Assembly (NCBI GenBank): GCA_027483175.1
Contig: JAIXVE010000316.1
Location: 1,179-65,178, forward strand
Direction of reading: 5' to 3'
DNA length: 64,000 nucleotides
Origin: Verrucomicrobiaceae bacterium
GTDB taxonomy: Bacteria; Verrucomicrobiota; Verrucomicrobiia; Verrucomicrobiales; V1-33
This document shows, piece after piece, positions 45,401 to 52,627 of the stretch. Each line of letters begins with the position of its first letter. Within the stretch, counting starts at the first letter, position 1. The notes under the pieces are model-generated. The model did not search any database, was not told where the DNA came from, and worked only from the letters and a program-made list of their open reading frames with translations. Position numbers and translations under genes: made by a program.

Positions 45401-46374
45401 ATCACCGTATCGCCATTCACCGTCACCGTAACCGTCTGCGACGCCGCTCCACCCGCCGCAAAATTCAGCGTCCCAGCCGCAATCGCCACATAATCCGTCC
45501 CCGATGCCGCCGTGCCGCTGAACGCATAATTCACCGCAAACGCCCTATCCGTCACCGTCCGGCTCACCGTGAACACCAGTGACGCCGTCCCGCTGTTCCC
45601 TTCCGTCACCGACGCATTCGCCACACTCACCGGATACCCAACCGCAATCACAAAATCCGTGCTCACCGACCCCGGCGGCACCCAGTTGTCCGTCGCCGTA
45701 AGTCTCACCGTGTACCGCCCGATGTCCGCCACCGTCGGCGTCCCGCTGAAGGTCCGCGTCCCGGCATTGAAACTCAGCCACGCCGGCAGCGCCGATCCGT
45801 CACTCAGCGTCGCCCCGTAAGTCAGTGGATGCCCGTCCGCGTCCGCAAAGGTATTCGCAGGAAACGCATACGAAAACGCCACCGTCACCGGCGCATTCCG
45901 CTCGCTGATCGCCGTCGCCACCGTCGGCGCACGGTTCGCATCGTCGTTCTGGATCGTCCCCACTCCCCGCGCATCCGCCAGACTCGCCGCCCCACCCGTC
46001 ACCACCAGATCCGTCAGATCCACAAACAATGTCTCATCCGCCTCCGCCAGCACATCCCCTTTCACTGTCACCTTCACTGTCTCGCTCAGCGACCCTCCCG
46101 CCGCAAATGTCAGGGTCCCGCTCCCCGCCGTGTAATCCCCTGGCTGCACCGCCGTCCCGTTCACCGTCGCCCACTTCACCGTGAAATCCGCCTCGTTCAC
46201 ACTCCGCGTCACCGTGAAACTCAGATCCACCGTCCCGCTGTTCCCCTCCGCAATGCTCACGTCACTGATCGATACCGCGTCGTCCGCGGCAACCTGTCCC
46301 GCCATCATCACCCCGCCCGCCATCAGGCCGGCCATAACCCGCAGGACCCTATTTGATCTCAGTCGCTTATTCAT
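39454..46374 (-). CDS. giant secreted multidomain protein: Calx-beta x2, cadherin-like Ig, duplicated choice-of-anchor-I (phytase-like) modules, metallophosphatase/5'-nucleotidase, C-terminal Ca-binding-like module
   Basis: 2306 aa. Calx-beta blocks (SISDVSIAEGNSGTVDLSFTV...GDYTA.SGTLTF). Dystroglycan-type Ig (LPAWLSFNAGTRTFSGTP). Two modules of about 520 aa sharing GGAEIPAFDPASKRAF, TPDGTK.LVANEGE, SRDLEPEY, GATYYVTANEGDDRNDF, LGRLTVSNVPG.RGD.DGDGDID and SDNK..EPEG. 5'-nucleotidase blocks (GNHEFDLG, NGGGLRASL). Confidence 0.85.
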   Translation of the reverse strand: MNKRLRSNRVLRVMAGLMAGGVMMAGQVAADDAVSISDVSIAEGNSGTVDLSFTVTRSVNEADFTVKWATVNGTAVQPGDYTAGSGTLTFAAGGSLSETVKVTVKGDVLAEADETLFVDLTDLVVTGGAASLADARGVGTIQNDDANRAPTVATAISERNAPVTVAFSYAFPANTFADADGHPLTYGATLSDGSALPAWLSFNAGTRTFSGTPTVADIGRYTVRLTATDNWVPPGSVSTDFVIAVGYPVSVANASVTEGNSGTASLVFTVSRTVTDRAFAVNYAFSGTAASGTDYVAIAAGTLNFAAGGAASQTVTVTVNGDTVIEAAETVILTLSGIVNTTGATVLGTAVGTGTIVNDDFVPSRFPATGVLSGTVKGFIDLDVAPLTGGAEIPAFDPASKRAFTSSNTGIQVIDLSNPAAPAFVSVIAPASLGVPGLTSNDVSSVTVRKATGGGPAVLAAGVISVPKTDAGYVVFLDAATGALLGTAVTGPNPDHIAFTPDGTKLLVANEGETAGNVVDDLTKGGVSIVDVAGGFASPLVTTADFTAFDAQAATLVASGVRLFPGGVPSRDLEPEYFAVSADSKTAMVTLQEANAVAVLDLDTATFTSIKALGKKNFATGEYDFSDRDGAGGVALVNPRSGQPVYGLYMPDAVAAYRSGGATYYVTANEGDDRNDFIVPAETTTVGNVAYDLDDTVFPNEAALKNLASLGRLTVSNVPGIRGDTDGDGDIDEILSYGGRSLSILNAAGDIVFDSGDMLENIMASQFLANFDDGRSDNKGPEPEGVTVATIGAQTYAFLGLERSHMVLVFDVTNPAAVSFTGGLRRTGDLNPEGMAFVAPGDSPTGKALLLVASEVSQTLTVHELTVNVRLNAAATAGLSVRADGSPLALATVTGASPVGGVFAGAGVEGGVFDPALAAEGANVLTYTVGTEQVSFTVTVTAAPAVAAAPSNALTAVLAGSVVVSDNGTATGVGGAEIPAFDPASKRAFSASNAGIQVIDLTNPGAPVRLAPIDPTALGLTTKDVSHVVVKNGVLAATLIASPDKTLPGTVAFFAPATGALLGSVTVGAVPDQLIFTPDGTKVLVANEGEMAGPVVAPAPAPADADPAGSVSIIDVSGGFASPPVVTAGFGAFDGQESALRAAGVRVFPGRAASRDLEPEYIAISPDGLRAMVTLQEANAIATLDIATATITAVKPLGLKNYARVTGDFSDRDGSGNGQAIELKSGLPAFGMFMPDAIAAYQTGGATYYVTANEGDDRNDFMVPAETTTVNATTTVNVGGVPVTTAVYDLDNTVFPTEGTIGGSGSAGAGTGLKGNDQLGRLTVSNVPGLRGDLDGDGDIDRILSYGGRSFSILDSEGRRVFDSGDVLDRIVAQYYPSLWDDSRSDNKSIEPEGVSVATLGGRSYAFIGLERAHAVFVFDVTDPAAVSFVTAVSRRGDLNPEGMLVVPAADSPNGQPLLLVASEVSFTLSVFSLMPTAPAMQLQILHYYGESGLLGIQTAPIMGAMIDRFDNEYPTVVLGEGDSFIPGPWLTAGADPSLNAVPGIGTTALARPDIAIMNAFGTTASALGNHEFDLGSPVLQGAIAASGSGASAWVGAQFPLITANLDFAADSSLRSLADVTLGGPAANNFRGDEVTSQRGRIAPFAVKTVAGQKIGFVGATTWELLVKSSPNGTRPMDDANVATSDLQEVAAYVQTAVDALRAIGVNKIVMIDQLDTLQRNKDLAPLLTGVDVMVAGGGHERMGDATDVAVGFNGHDADFIADSYPIVTQGLDGKPTLIVTTDTEYSYLGRLVVDFDANGELLTGSLNPVVNGAYAAAPAVLESVVGNGQTAAQIVAASPVATRVKAIVDALNAVVVSKDSTVFGFTKVYLEGDRVFGRAQEVNLGNITADANAAAARVALGLPTAAAVVSLKNGGGLRASLGAVAADGTKIPPLANPLTGKPEGAVSLLDIENALRFDNRLMVFDATPKGLVGILEYAAGLASGNGGFPQVGNIRFSINRSLTPKVRSVVLVNDIGAIVSEIVRDGVILPGAPASIPMVALNFTANGGDGYPIKYLDPAATPANQIVNPETGNFRFLLTGGVLGAEVARNLDFTAAGVVPASSLGEQKAFGDYLTMRHGTRTLAYNAADTPMAEDQRIQQLPVRAVDTVRFSPVELWRQTYFGNPDGSGEQSNLGDSDGDSVSNLFEFAFGTNPSSSGSGTGVLSYLGTFAGNGSIGSTGQPITGVERVPNSVDFRFVFIRRKDHEAAGLIYTPQFSADLVTWRSSTAVPEILADDGTHQVVSVPYIRFINGRKAQFARLMVTMP

Positions 46375-46675
46375 ATCGTTTGGAAATTGGTGCCGCCCCC
46401 TTTTATTTCAGTGAGGCGGCCCGCATCATGTATTCGTACCATTCACCGACAATGTTTTTAAGGTGCCGAAACAGCCACATTAGATGCCTATCTTCCGGAA
46501 CCGTCGGCCGACCCGCACAACTCCGTGTCAATTCCGACCCCCGCCTCTCCAGTTTTCAATTCCCCATTTCCAGTTTTCCTCCCCCCCGCCCGTACGCGCA
46601 CAGGCAGTTGACGCCGCTCCTCCCCGTCTGCTATGGCACCGACGGCTCAATCATCCGCCAACCCACCTTACCCCC

Positions 46676-47722
46676 ATGCACCCCGCGTTCCGCATCGCCC
46701 TCTTCTGCTGCGCCCTCCAGCCCGTCGTCGCCCACGACGGCGGTCTCCTCCAGCACGCCACCAAACCTCTCCGCCGCTCGCTCGCCGAAGCACCCTTCCC
46801 AGTCGTCACCGGCTCCGGTTCCCTCGCCTACCAGACCGTCCCAGGCTGGGGCGCCGTCCCCGGCACCGTCAACATCGGCCCCACCCACGGCGGCGTCGTC
46901 GTCGACAAGGCCGGCCACATCTACGTCAGCTCCGATGGCAATGAAGGTCTCTTCGTCTTCAAACCCGATGGCGCCCTCGTCAAAAAAATCGCCCCCGAGT
47001 TCTCCGGCATCCACGGGCTCATGATCCGCGAAGAAGACGGCAAGGAATTCATCTACGCCGCTCACCTCCGCTCCAAACACGTCGTCAAACTCGACCTCGA
47101 CGGCAAGGCCATCCTCAAACTCGGCTACCCCAAGGAAGCCAACGCCTACCCGGACGGCAACGGCTACGCCCCCACCGGCGTCACCGTCGGCCCAGACGGC
47201 GCCATCTTCGTCGCCGACGGCTACGGCAAATCCCTCATCCACAAGTACGACGCCTCCGGCAAGTACCTCAAATCCTTCGGCGGCAAAGGCAACACCGACG
47301 GCAAATTCGAAACCTGCCACGGCATCGCCCTCGACACCCGCGGCCCCAAACCGCTCCTCCTCGTCTGCGACCGCGAAAACCGCCGTCTCGTCCACATGGA
47401 CCTCGAAGGCAACTTCGTCGCCGTCATCACCAAGGACCTCCGCCGCCCCTGCGCCGCCACCATCCACGGTGATCACGTCGCCATCGCTGAACTCGAAGCC
47501 CGCGTCACCATCATCGACAAAACCAATCAGCCCGTCGCCTTCCTCGGCGACAACCCTGACAAAAGCCTCTGGGCCAAATTCCCAGCCGCTCAGTCCGAAT
47601 GGAAAGACGGGCTATTCACCGCCCCACACGGTCTCTCCTACGACAAAGACGGCAACCTCTACGTCCAGGACTGGAACCAGACCGGCCGCATCACCAAAAT
47701 GGTGAAACAAGCCGCTCAGTGA
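46676..47722 (+). CDS. NHL-repeat / six-bladed beta-propeller protein (peptidyl-hydroxyglycine lyase-like)
   Basis: Signal-like MHPAFRIALFCCALQPVVA, then repeated propeller blades (PTGVTVGPDGAIFVADGY; HGIALD; PHGLSYDKDGNLYVQDWN). The track start at 46484 was rejected. Confidence 0.7.
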   Translation: MHPAFRIALFCCALQPVVAHDGGLLQHATKPLRRSLAEAPFPVVTGSGSLAYQTVPGWGAVPGTVNIGPTHGGVVVDKAGHIYVSSDGNEGLFVFKPDGALVKKIAPEFSGIHGLMIREEDGKEFIYAAHLRSKHVVKLDLDGKAILKLGYPKEANAYPDGNGYAPTGVTVGPDGAIFVADGYGKSLIHKYDASGKYLKSFGGKGNTDGKFETCHGIALDTRGPKPLLLVCDRENRRLVHMDLEGNFVAVITKDLRRPCAATIHGDHVAIAELEARVTIIDKTNQPVAFLGDNPDKSLWAKFPAAQSEWKDGLFTAPHGLSYDKDGNLYVQDWNQTGRITKMVKQAAQ

Positions 47723-49644
47723 CCTCCACCTCCCATCCCTCTCGCGCCGCCGTCCCACCATGGGGCGGCGGCGCTTTTCTTTGGCTCTTCAAACCCCTCT
47801 CTCTTCTCGCGTTCCTAGCACTCCCCGCCTTAGCCGACCAACCATGGTCCTTCGACCCATCCCTCTCCCCCTCCCCCATCCGCAACGCCGCCTCTGGCCC
47901 GTTCCTCATCCGCGGCACCGCGCCCTCTTCCGCCGCCTCCTGCACAGTCTCCGTCACGCTCTCCACCACCGGCACTTCCTTCTCCGCCCCAGCCACCATC
48001 ACCGACGGCACCTTCTCTCTCCGCTACCCTGACAACTTCCCTGGTGCCCCGCCCCTCACCCCCGCCCTCCTCTACCTCGACGTCCTCTCCAATCCCAACG
48101 CCATCCCCGACGCCGAAGCCCTCCTCGTCATCCACGGCCCCACGCCGCCAGACCTCCCGCTCCCGTTCTCCGACGACGCCATCGACGCCTCCGACCGCCG
48201 CGACCAAAACGCCGCTCAGTTCCCGCTCCACCGCGCTCTCACTAACCACTTCCTCCACAGCCGCGCCGCCTCCCTCATGGGCCTCCGCCGCCCGGACTTC
48301 GATCTCGCCCAAGCGGACGACCTGACATGGTTCCGCAACCACGCCGCCCTCTACGACTTCGATCACCGCGACCGCGACTGGTCCACCCCTCTCGGCCACC
48401 GCCCCGCCCGCGGCTTCTGGCAGGCCGTCTGGAACCGCTGGTTCAATCCCTCCAACAACCACCCATGGGACGGCAATCCCGCCAACACTTCTCCTGACAA
48501 CTTCCGCCCCTACACGTTCACCAACGACGCCGCTGACCTCGCCGTCCTCTACGCCATGCTCCGCCGCGCCTCCCCAGCCGCCCCGGACCACCGCGACGGT
48601 CTCCTCCGCGAGGTCATGGAAAACCTCCTCGCCCTCCAGCACCGCTCCCCTGACAATTTCGCCCTGCCCGACGCCTCCGGCCGCCGCGAACACTACTCGG
48701 CAGGCGCTTTCCGCTACGGCATGTTCGAATCCGGTGAATGGCTCACCGAAGGCACCGGCTGGTTCGCCAACCCACGCTTCCGCGACTTCGCACACGGCGG
48801 GGTCTTCAACGGCCGCGCCGTCTGGGCCCTCGGCGAGGTCCTCGCCGCCGACCCCCAATCCCCTCTCGCCCCGCGCCTCCGCGACGCCCTCGCCCTCACA
48901 CTCCGCTTCTGCCTCCACGACGGTCTCGCCCACCGTTACACGTCCCTCACTCCTTCCGGTCTCCCGCTCTGGAATCACCCAGGCGAACACGGCTACCTCC
49001 TCCTCGGCCTCACCGCCGCCTGCCGCTCCATCCCGGACTTCCCCATCGCCCTCCATCCGGCAAAACCCCCACGCCCGCTCCGCGACATCACCGCCGACGC
49101 CCTCGACGCCCTCACCGAATCCGCCTCCCCCGACGGCTCATGGACCGACTACGCCAACGTCAACGCCGTCAACATCGCCGCCCTCGCCTCCGGCACGCTC
49201 GCCCTCCCCTCCCACCCGCACGCCCCCGCATGGCGCTCCGCCGCCCTCAAAGCCACCTCCCTCTGGCTCTCCCTTTCCTCACAACCCGATGACGCCGCCG
49301 TCTTCGGCCCGCTCTTCGGCGACCGCCGCGGCAATTCCATGACGTTCCGCCACACCAACGCTCCCGCCCACGCCGACCTCTACGTCAGCGGCCACTGGCT
49401 CCACGCCCTCGCCATCGCACACCGCGCCACCAGTCTCCCCGCCGCTCTCGACCGCGCCAACGCCCTCATCGCCACTCTCTGCGGCCACAATCCCCTCCAC
49501 GTCCGCCTCCTCAGCGAAATCGGTTCCATCAGCAACCGCATCACCGCCCCCGCCAGCCCCGGCCTCCCACCACGCCTCGCATGGGACGCCTACCCGGAAT
49601 CCACCGCCTTCTTCCAAATCGGTCTCCTCCACCTCCTGCCATGA
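47719..49644 (+). CDS. hypothetical secreted protein
   Basis: The long ORF is in frame with a GTG at 47719 that overlaps (GTGA) the stop of the upstream gene. The hydrophobic segment FLWLFKPLSLLAFLALPALA looks like a signal peptide. No family recognised. Confidence 0.5.
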   Translation: MTSTSHPSRAAVPPWGGGAFLWLFKPLSLLAFLALPALADQPWSFDPSLSPSPIRNAASGPFLIRGTAPSSAASCTVSVTLSTTGTSFSAPATITDGTFSLRYPDNFPGAPPLTPALLYLDVLSNPNAIPDAEALLVIHGPTPPDLPLPFSDDAIDASDRRDQNAAQFPLHRALTNHFLHSRAASLMGLRRPDFDLAQADDLTWFRNHAALYDFDHRDRDWSTPLGHRPARGFWQAVWNRWFNPSNNHPWDGNPANTSPDNFRPYTFTNDAADLAVLYAMLRRASPAAPDHRDGLLREVMENLLALQHRSPDNFALPDASGRREHYSAGAFRYGMFESGEWLTEGTGWFANPRFRDFAHGGVFNGRAVWALGEVLAADPQSPLAPRLRDALALTLRFCLHDGLAHRYTSLTPSGLPLWNHPGEHGYLLLGLTAACRSIPDFPIALHPAKPPRPLRDITADALDALTESASPDGSWTDYANVNAVNIAALASGTLALPSHPHAPAWRSAALKATSLWLSLSSQPDDAAVFGPLFGDRRGNSMTFRHTNAPAHADLYVSGHWLHALAIAHRATSLPAALDRANALIATLCGHNPLHVRLLSEIGSISNRITAPASPGLPPRLAWDAYPESTAFFQIGLLHLLP

Positions 49645-49700
49645 TCGCCACCCCTCATGCGGCATTGGCAAACCCGCCGGACGTGCTTTGATGCGCCCCC

Positions 49701-51011
49701 ATGGAACAAGGGCATCTCGTGCTGGCCGGCGGCGCTGCGATCTTCGCAGTCGCCTCCCTCTTTGCTGGCCACCGCGCCAATAAACGCCGGCGGCTCCTCA
49801 CCGCTCTGCCCACGTCCTCCGTCCAGGGGGTCTTCATCGGTCTCGTCGAACTCAAAGGCTCCGCCGAAACCGAACGCCCCTTCACCTCGTGGCTCGCCAA
49901 CCAGTCCTGCGTCCTCTACTCATGGCGCGTCGACGAACACTGGCGCCGCGTCGTCCAGGAATCCTACACCGATCAGAACGGCCGCCGCCAGACCCGCACC
50001 CGTGTCGAAACCGGCGTCGTCACCGTCGCCAGCGGCGGCGAATCCGCTTCCTTCTACCTCCGCGATGACTCCGGCGTCATCCTCATCAACCCCGACGGCG
50101 CTGAAATCCGGCCGCTCAGTCTCGTTCAGATCACCTGCGGGCCCTCCCATCCTTTCTACTACGACCGCGGCCCCGGCGGAGCCATCCCTAACACCACCAT
50201 GACCCGCACGTTCGTGGAAACCGGGATCCCTCTCCACACCCAGCTCTTCGTCGTCGGCGAAGCCCGCGAACGCACCGACATCGTCGCCCCAGAAATCCAC
50301 GCCGCCCCCAAAGCACCCCTCTACCTCCTCACCACCGAATCCGAAGAACAGGTCCTCAGCCGCTACGGCTGGTCCCGCTCCGGCTGGGGCATCGGCGGGC
50401 TCTTCGCCTCAGGCCTCGCCGGCTGGGCCCCCTTCCTGAACGACTCCGGCAACCAGGGCCTCGTCACCGCCCTCATCGCCGCCGCCGTCTACGCCTCCCT
50501 CTGGCTCCTCAGCTGGACCATCCTCATCTACAATAGCCTCGTCGACTCCAGACACCGCGTCCGTCAGGGCTGGTCGCTCCTCGAAGTCCAGCTCAAACGC
50601 CGCGCCGACCTCATCCCCCAGCTTGTCGCCATCGTCGACGGCCTCAAGTCCCACGAACGCGACGTCCAGGAAACCCTCGCCGCCCTCCGCAACCAGCTCG
50701 CCGCCACCCCCGACGGTCAGCAAGGCCCCGACTTCGCAGGCGTCGCCTCACAAATCGTCCGGCTCTCCGAACACTACCCCTCACTCTCCGCCACCCCCGC
50801 CTTCGCTCAGCTCCAATCCCAGCTCATCGAAACGGAACAGCGCATCGCCCTCGCCCGCGCCTACTTCAACGACGCCGCGTCCGCCTACAACACCGCCATC
50901 GAAGTCTTCCCGGACCGGCTCTTCGCCTCCCTCGGCGGCTTCCGACGCATGCCCCTCCTCGAAGCCCACGACTTCGAACGCGCCAACGTCCACGTCCAGC
51001 TCGCGTCCTGA
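49701..51011 (+). CDS. GIDE-domain / LemA-domain fusion membrane protein
   Basis: 436 aa. An N-terminal TM is followed by a GIDE-like region (TSSVQGVFIGLVELKGSAE...), two central TM helices, and a C-terminal LemA domain (RHRVRQGWSLLEVQLKRRADLIPQLV...IALARAYFNDAASAYNTAIEVFPDRLFA). Confidence 0.8.
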   Translation: MEQGHLVLAGGAAIFAVASLFAGHRANKRRRLLTALPTSSVQGVFIGLVELKGSAETERPFTSWLANQSCVLYSWRVDEHWRRVVQESYTDQNGRRQTRTRVETGVVTVASGGESASFYLRDDSGVILINPDGAEIRPLSLVQITCGPSHPFYYDRGPGGAIPNTTMTRTFVETGIPLHTQLFVVGEARERTDIVAPEIHAAPKAPLYLLTTESEEQVLSRYGWSRSGWGIGGLFASGLAGWAPFLNDSGNQGLVTALIAAAVYASLWLLSWTILIYNSLVDSRHRVRQGWSLLEVQLKRRADLIPQLVAIVDGLKSHERDVQETLAALRNQLAATPDGQQGPDFAGVASQIVRLSEHYPSLSATPAFAQLQSQLIETEQRIALARAYFNDAASAYNTAIEVFPDRLFASLGGFRRMPLLEAHDFERANVHVQLAS

Positions 51012-51023
51012 CAAATCCCCTCC

Positions 51024-52508
51024 TCACCCGCTGAACGGCAGCACCACCGACAGCAGCTTCGTCACCACCAGCCCGATCACTGACAGAATCGTCAGCAGCA
51101 CCGTCCACGTCCGCAGGGTCTCCCGCTCCGTAAACCCGCTCAGCCGCGACACCACCCAGAACCCGCTGTCATTCATCCACGAACACCCGTACGCCCCGAA
51201 CCCGATCGCCAGAAACAGGTACATCGGATGATAACTCAAGGTCGTCGCCGCCATCAGCGGATAAATCATCGCCGACGTCGTCTGCATCGCCACCGTCGCA
51301 CTACCCTGCGCTATCCGCAGCACCAGCGCCACCACCCACGACAGCAATAGCAAATCCACACTCCGCCCCGCCACCACGTGCCGGATCGCGTCCCCCACGC
51401 CCGCATTCCTCAGCATCAGCCCGAACGCCCCGCCTGCCGCCGTGATCAGAATAATCACCCCGGCCGTCTCCAGCGGCGGCCCCATCAGATCACTCACCGC
51501 CTCCATTCCTAACTTCTTCTGCCTCATCAGCAGCACAATGCTCAGCAACCCGCCGATCATCAGCGCAATGTTCTTGTTCCCGATGAACTCGAACACCTGA
51601 TACCCGCCCGCAAACCACCCAGCCTCCACCCCGCCACTCCCCGCAAACTGCGCCCACGCCTTCCCATTCACGAACGCATGCCGCGTGATCTCGAAAAACG
51701 ACGCCGCACTGATCAGCAGAATCGGCACCACCACCGGCGCAATCGACGCCAGAAACGACGGCAGTTCGCTCTCCGGCCGATCCACCAGCGCCCGTAACCC
51801 GCTCAACGGCGCATTCGGAGTCTCCCGCAACGGCACCGGATTCGCCGCCGCAATCCGCTTCATCACAAACCAACCCAACCCCACCGGCACCATCCCCACC
51901 AGAATCCCCGCAAACAGCGACACCCCCGCATCCAACCGCAGATTCTCCGCCACCATCAACGGCCCCGGATGCGGCACCGTCATCGAATGCGTCGTCACCC
52001 CTGCCCCGCAGATCGCCAGCACATAAAGCACAAAACTCCCGCCCGTCCGCAGCGCCAGCGCCATCGCAATCGGCACCATCAGCATGAACATCGTGTCGAA
52101 GAAGATCGGAATCGATAGAAAATACGTCGCCGTCAGCAGCGCCAGCCCCGCACGCTTCTCCCCAGTCACCGCCAGAAACCGCCGCACCACCTTGTCCGCC
52201 GCCCCGCTCTGCATCATGCACATCCCTATCAAGGTCGCCATCCCCACCACAATCGACAGCTTCCCCGCCGTCGTCCCGAATTCCTCCGTGCACAACTCCA
52301 CCGCCCGCAGCAGCTTTCCCTTCCCCGGCGCCTTCGGATCCGCAGGCAGACTCGCCGCCATCACTCCAGCTAACAAGGCCGCCAGTATCAGCGCCAGAAA
52401 CGCATGCAGCCGCAGCTTCGAGATCGCCACGATCACGAAGGCCACACACACAACCAGTACAACGAATGGCCACCACACAGGTGCCGTAAATGCTATCAGG
52501 GGGAGCAT
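51024..52508 (-). CDS. GntP-family (gluconate:H+ symporter-like) permease
   Basis: About 494 aa and polytopic. Typical GntP blocks (LGMCMMQSGAADKV..., IPIFFDTMFML, HSMTVPHPGP). The start is taken at MLPLIAF (ATG 52508). Confidence 0.85.
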   Translation of the reverse strand: MLPLIAFTAPVWWPFVVLVVCVAFVIVAISKLRLHAFLALILAALLAGVMAASLPADPKAPGKGKLLRAVELCTEEFGTTAGKLSIVVGMATLIGMCMMQSGAADKVVRRFLAVTGEKRAGLALLTATYFLSIPIFFDTMFMLMVPIAMALALRTGGSFVLYVLAICGAGVTTHSMTVPHPGPLMVAENLRLDAGVSLFAGILVGMVPVGLGWFVMKRIAAANPVPLRETPNAPLSGLRALVDRPESELPSFLASIAPVVVPILLISAASFFEITRHAFVNGKAWAQFAGSGGVEAGWFAGGYQVFEFIGNKNIALMIGGLLSIVLLMRQKKLGMEAVSDLMGPPLETAGVIILITAAGGAFGLMLRNAGVGDAIRHVVAGRSVDLLLLSWVVALVLRIAQGSATVAMQTTSAMIYPLMAATTLSYHPMYLFLAIGFGAYGCSWMNDSGFWVVSRLSGFTERETLRTWTVLLTILSVIGLVVTKLLSVVLPFSG

Positions 52509-52627
52509 GCCGCCGTCATAGGGAATCCCGTCCCACACGGCAATCAGTTTTCCTCGCCCCCTCATCCTCCGGAGCCACGTCAGGGATTTGTCTTGGCACA
52601 ACACCCCCCGGTTCCCATGCTCTCCCC

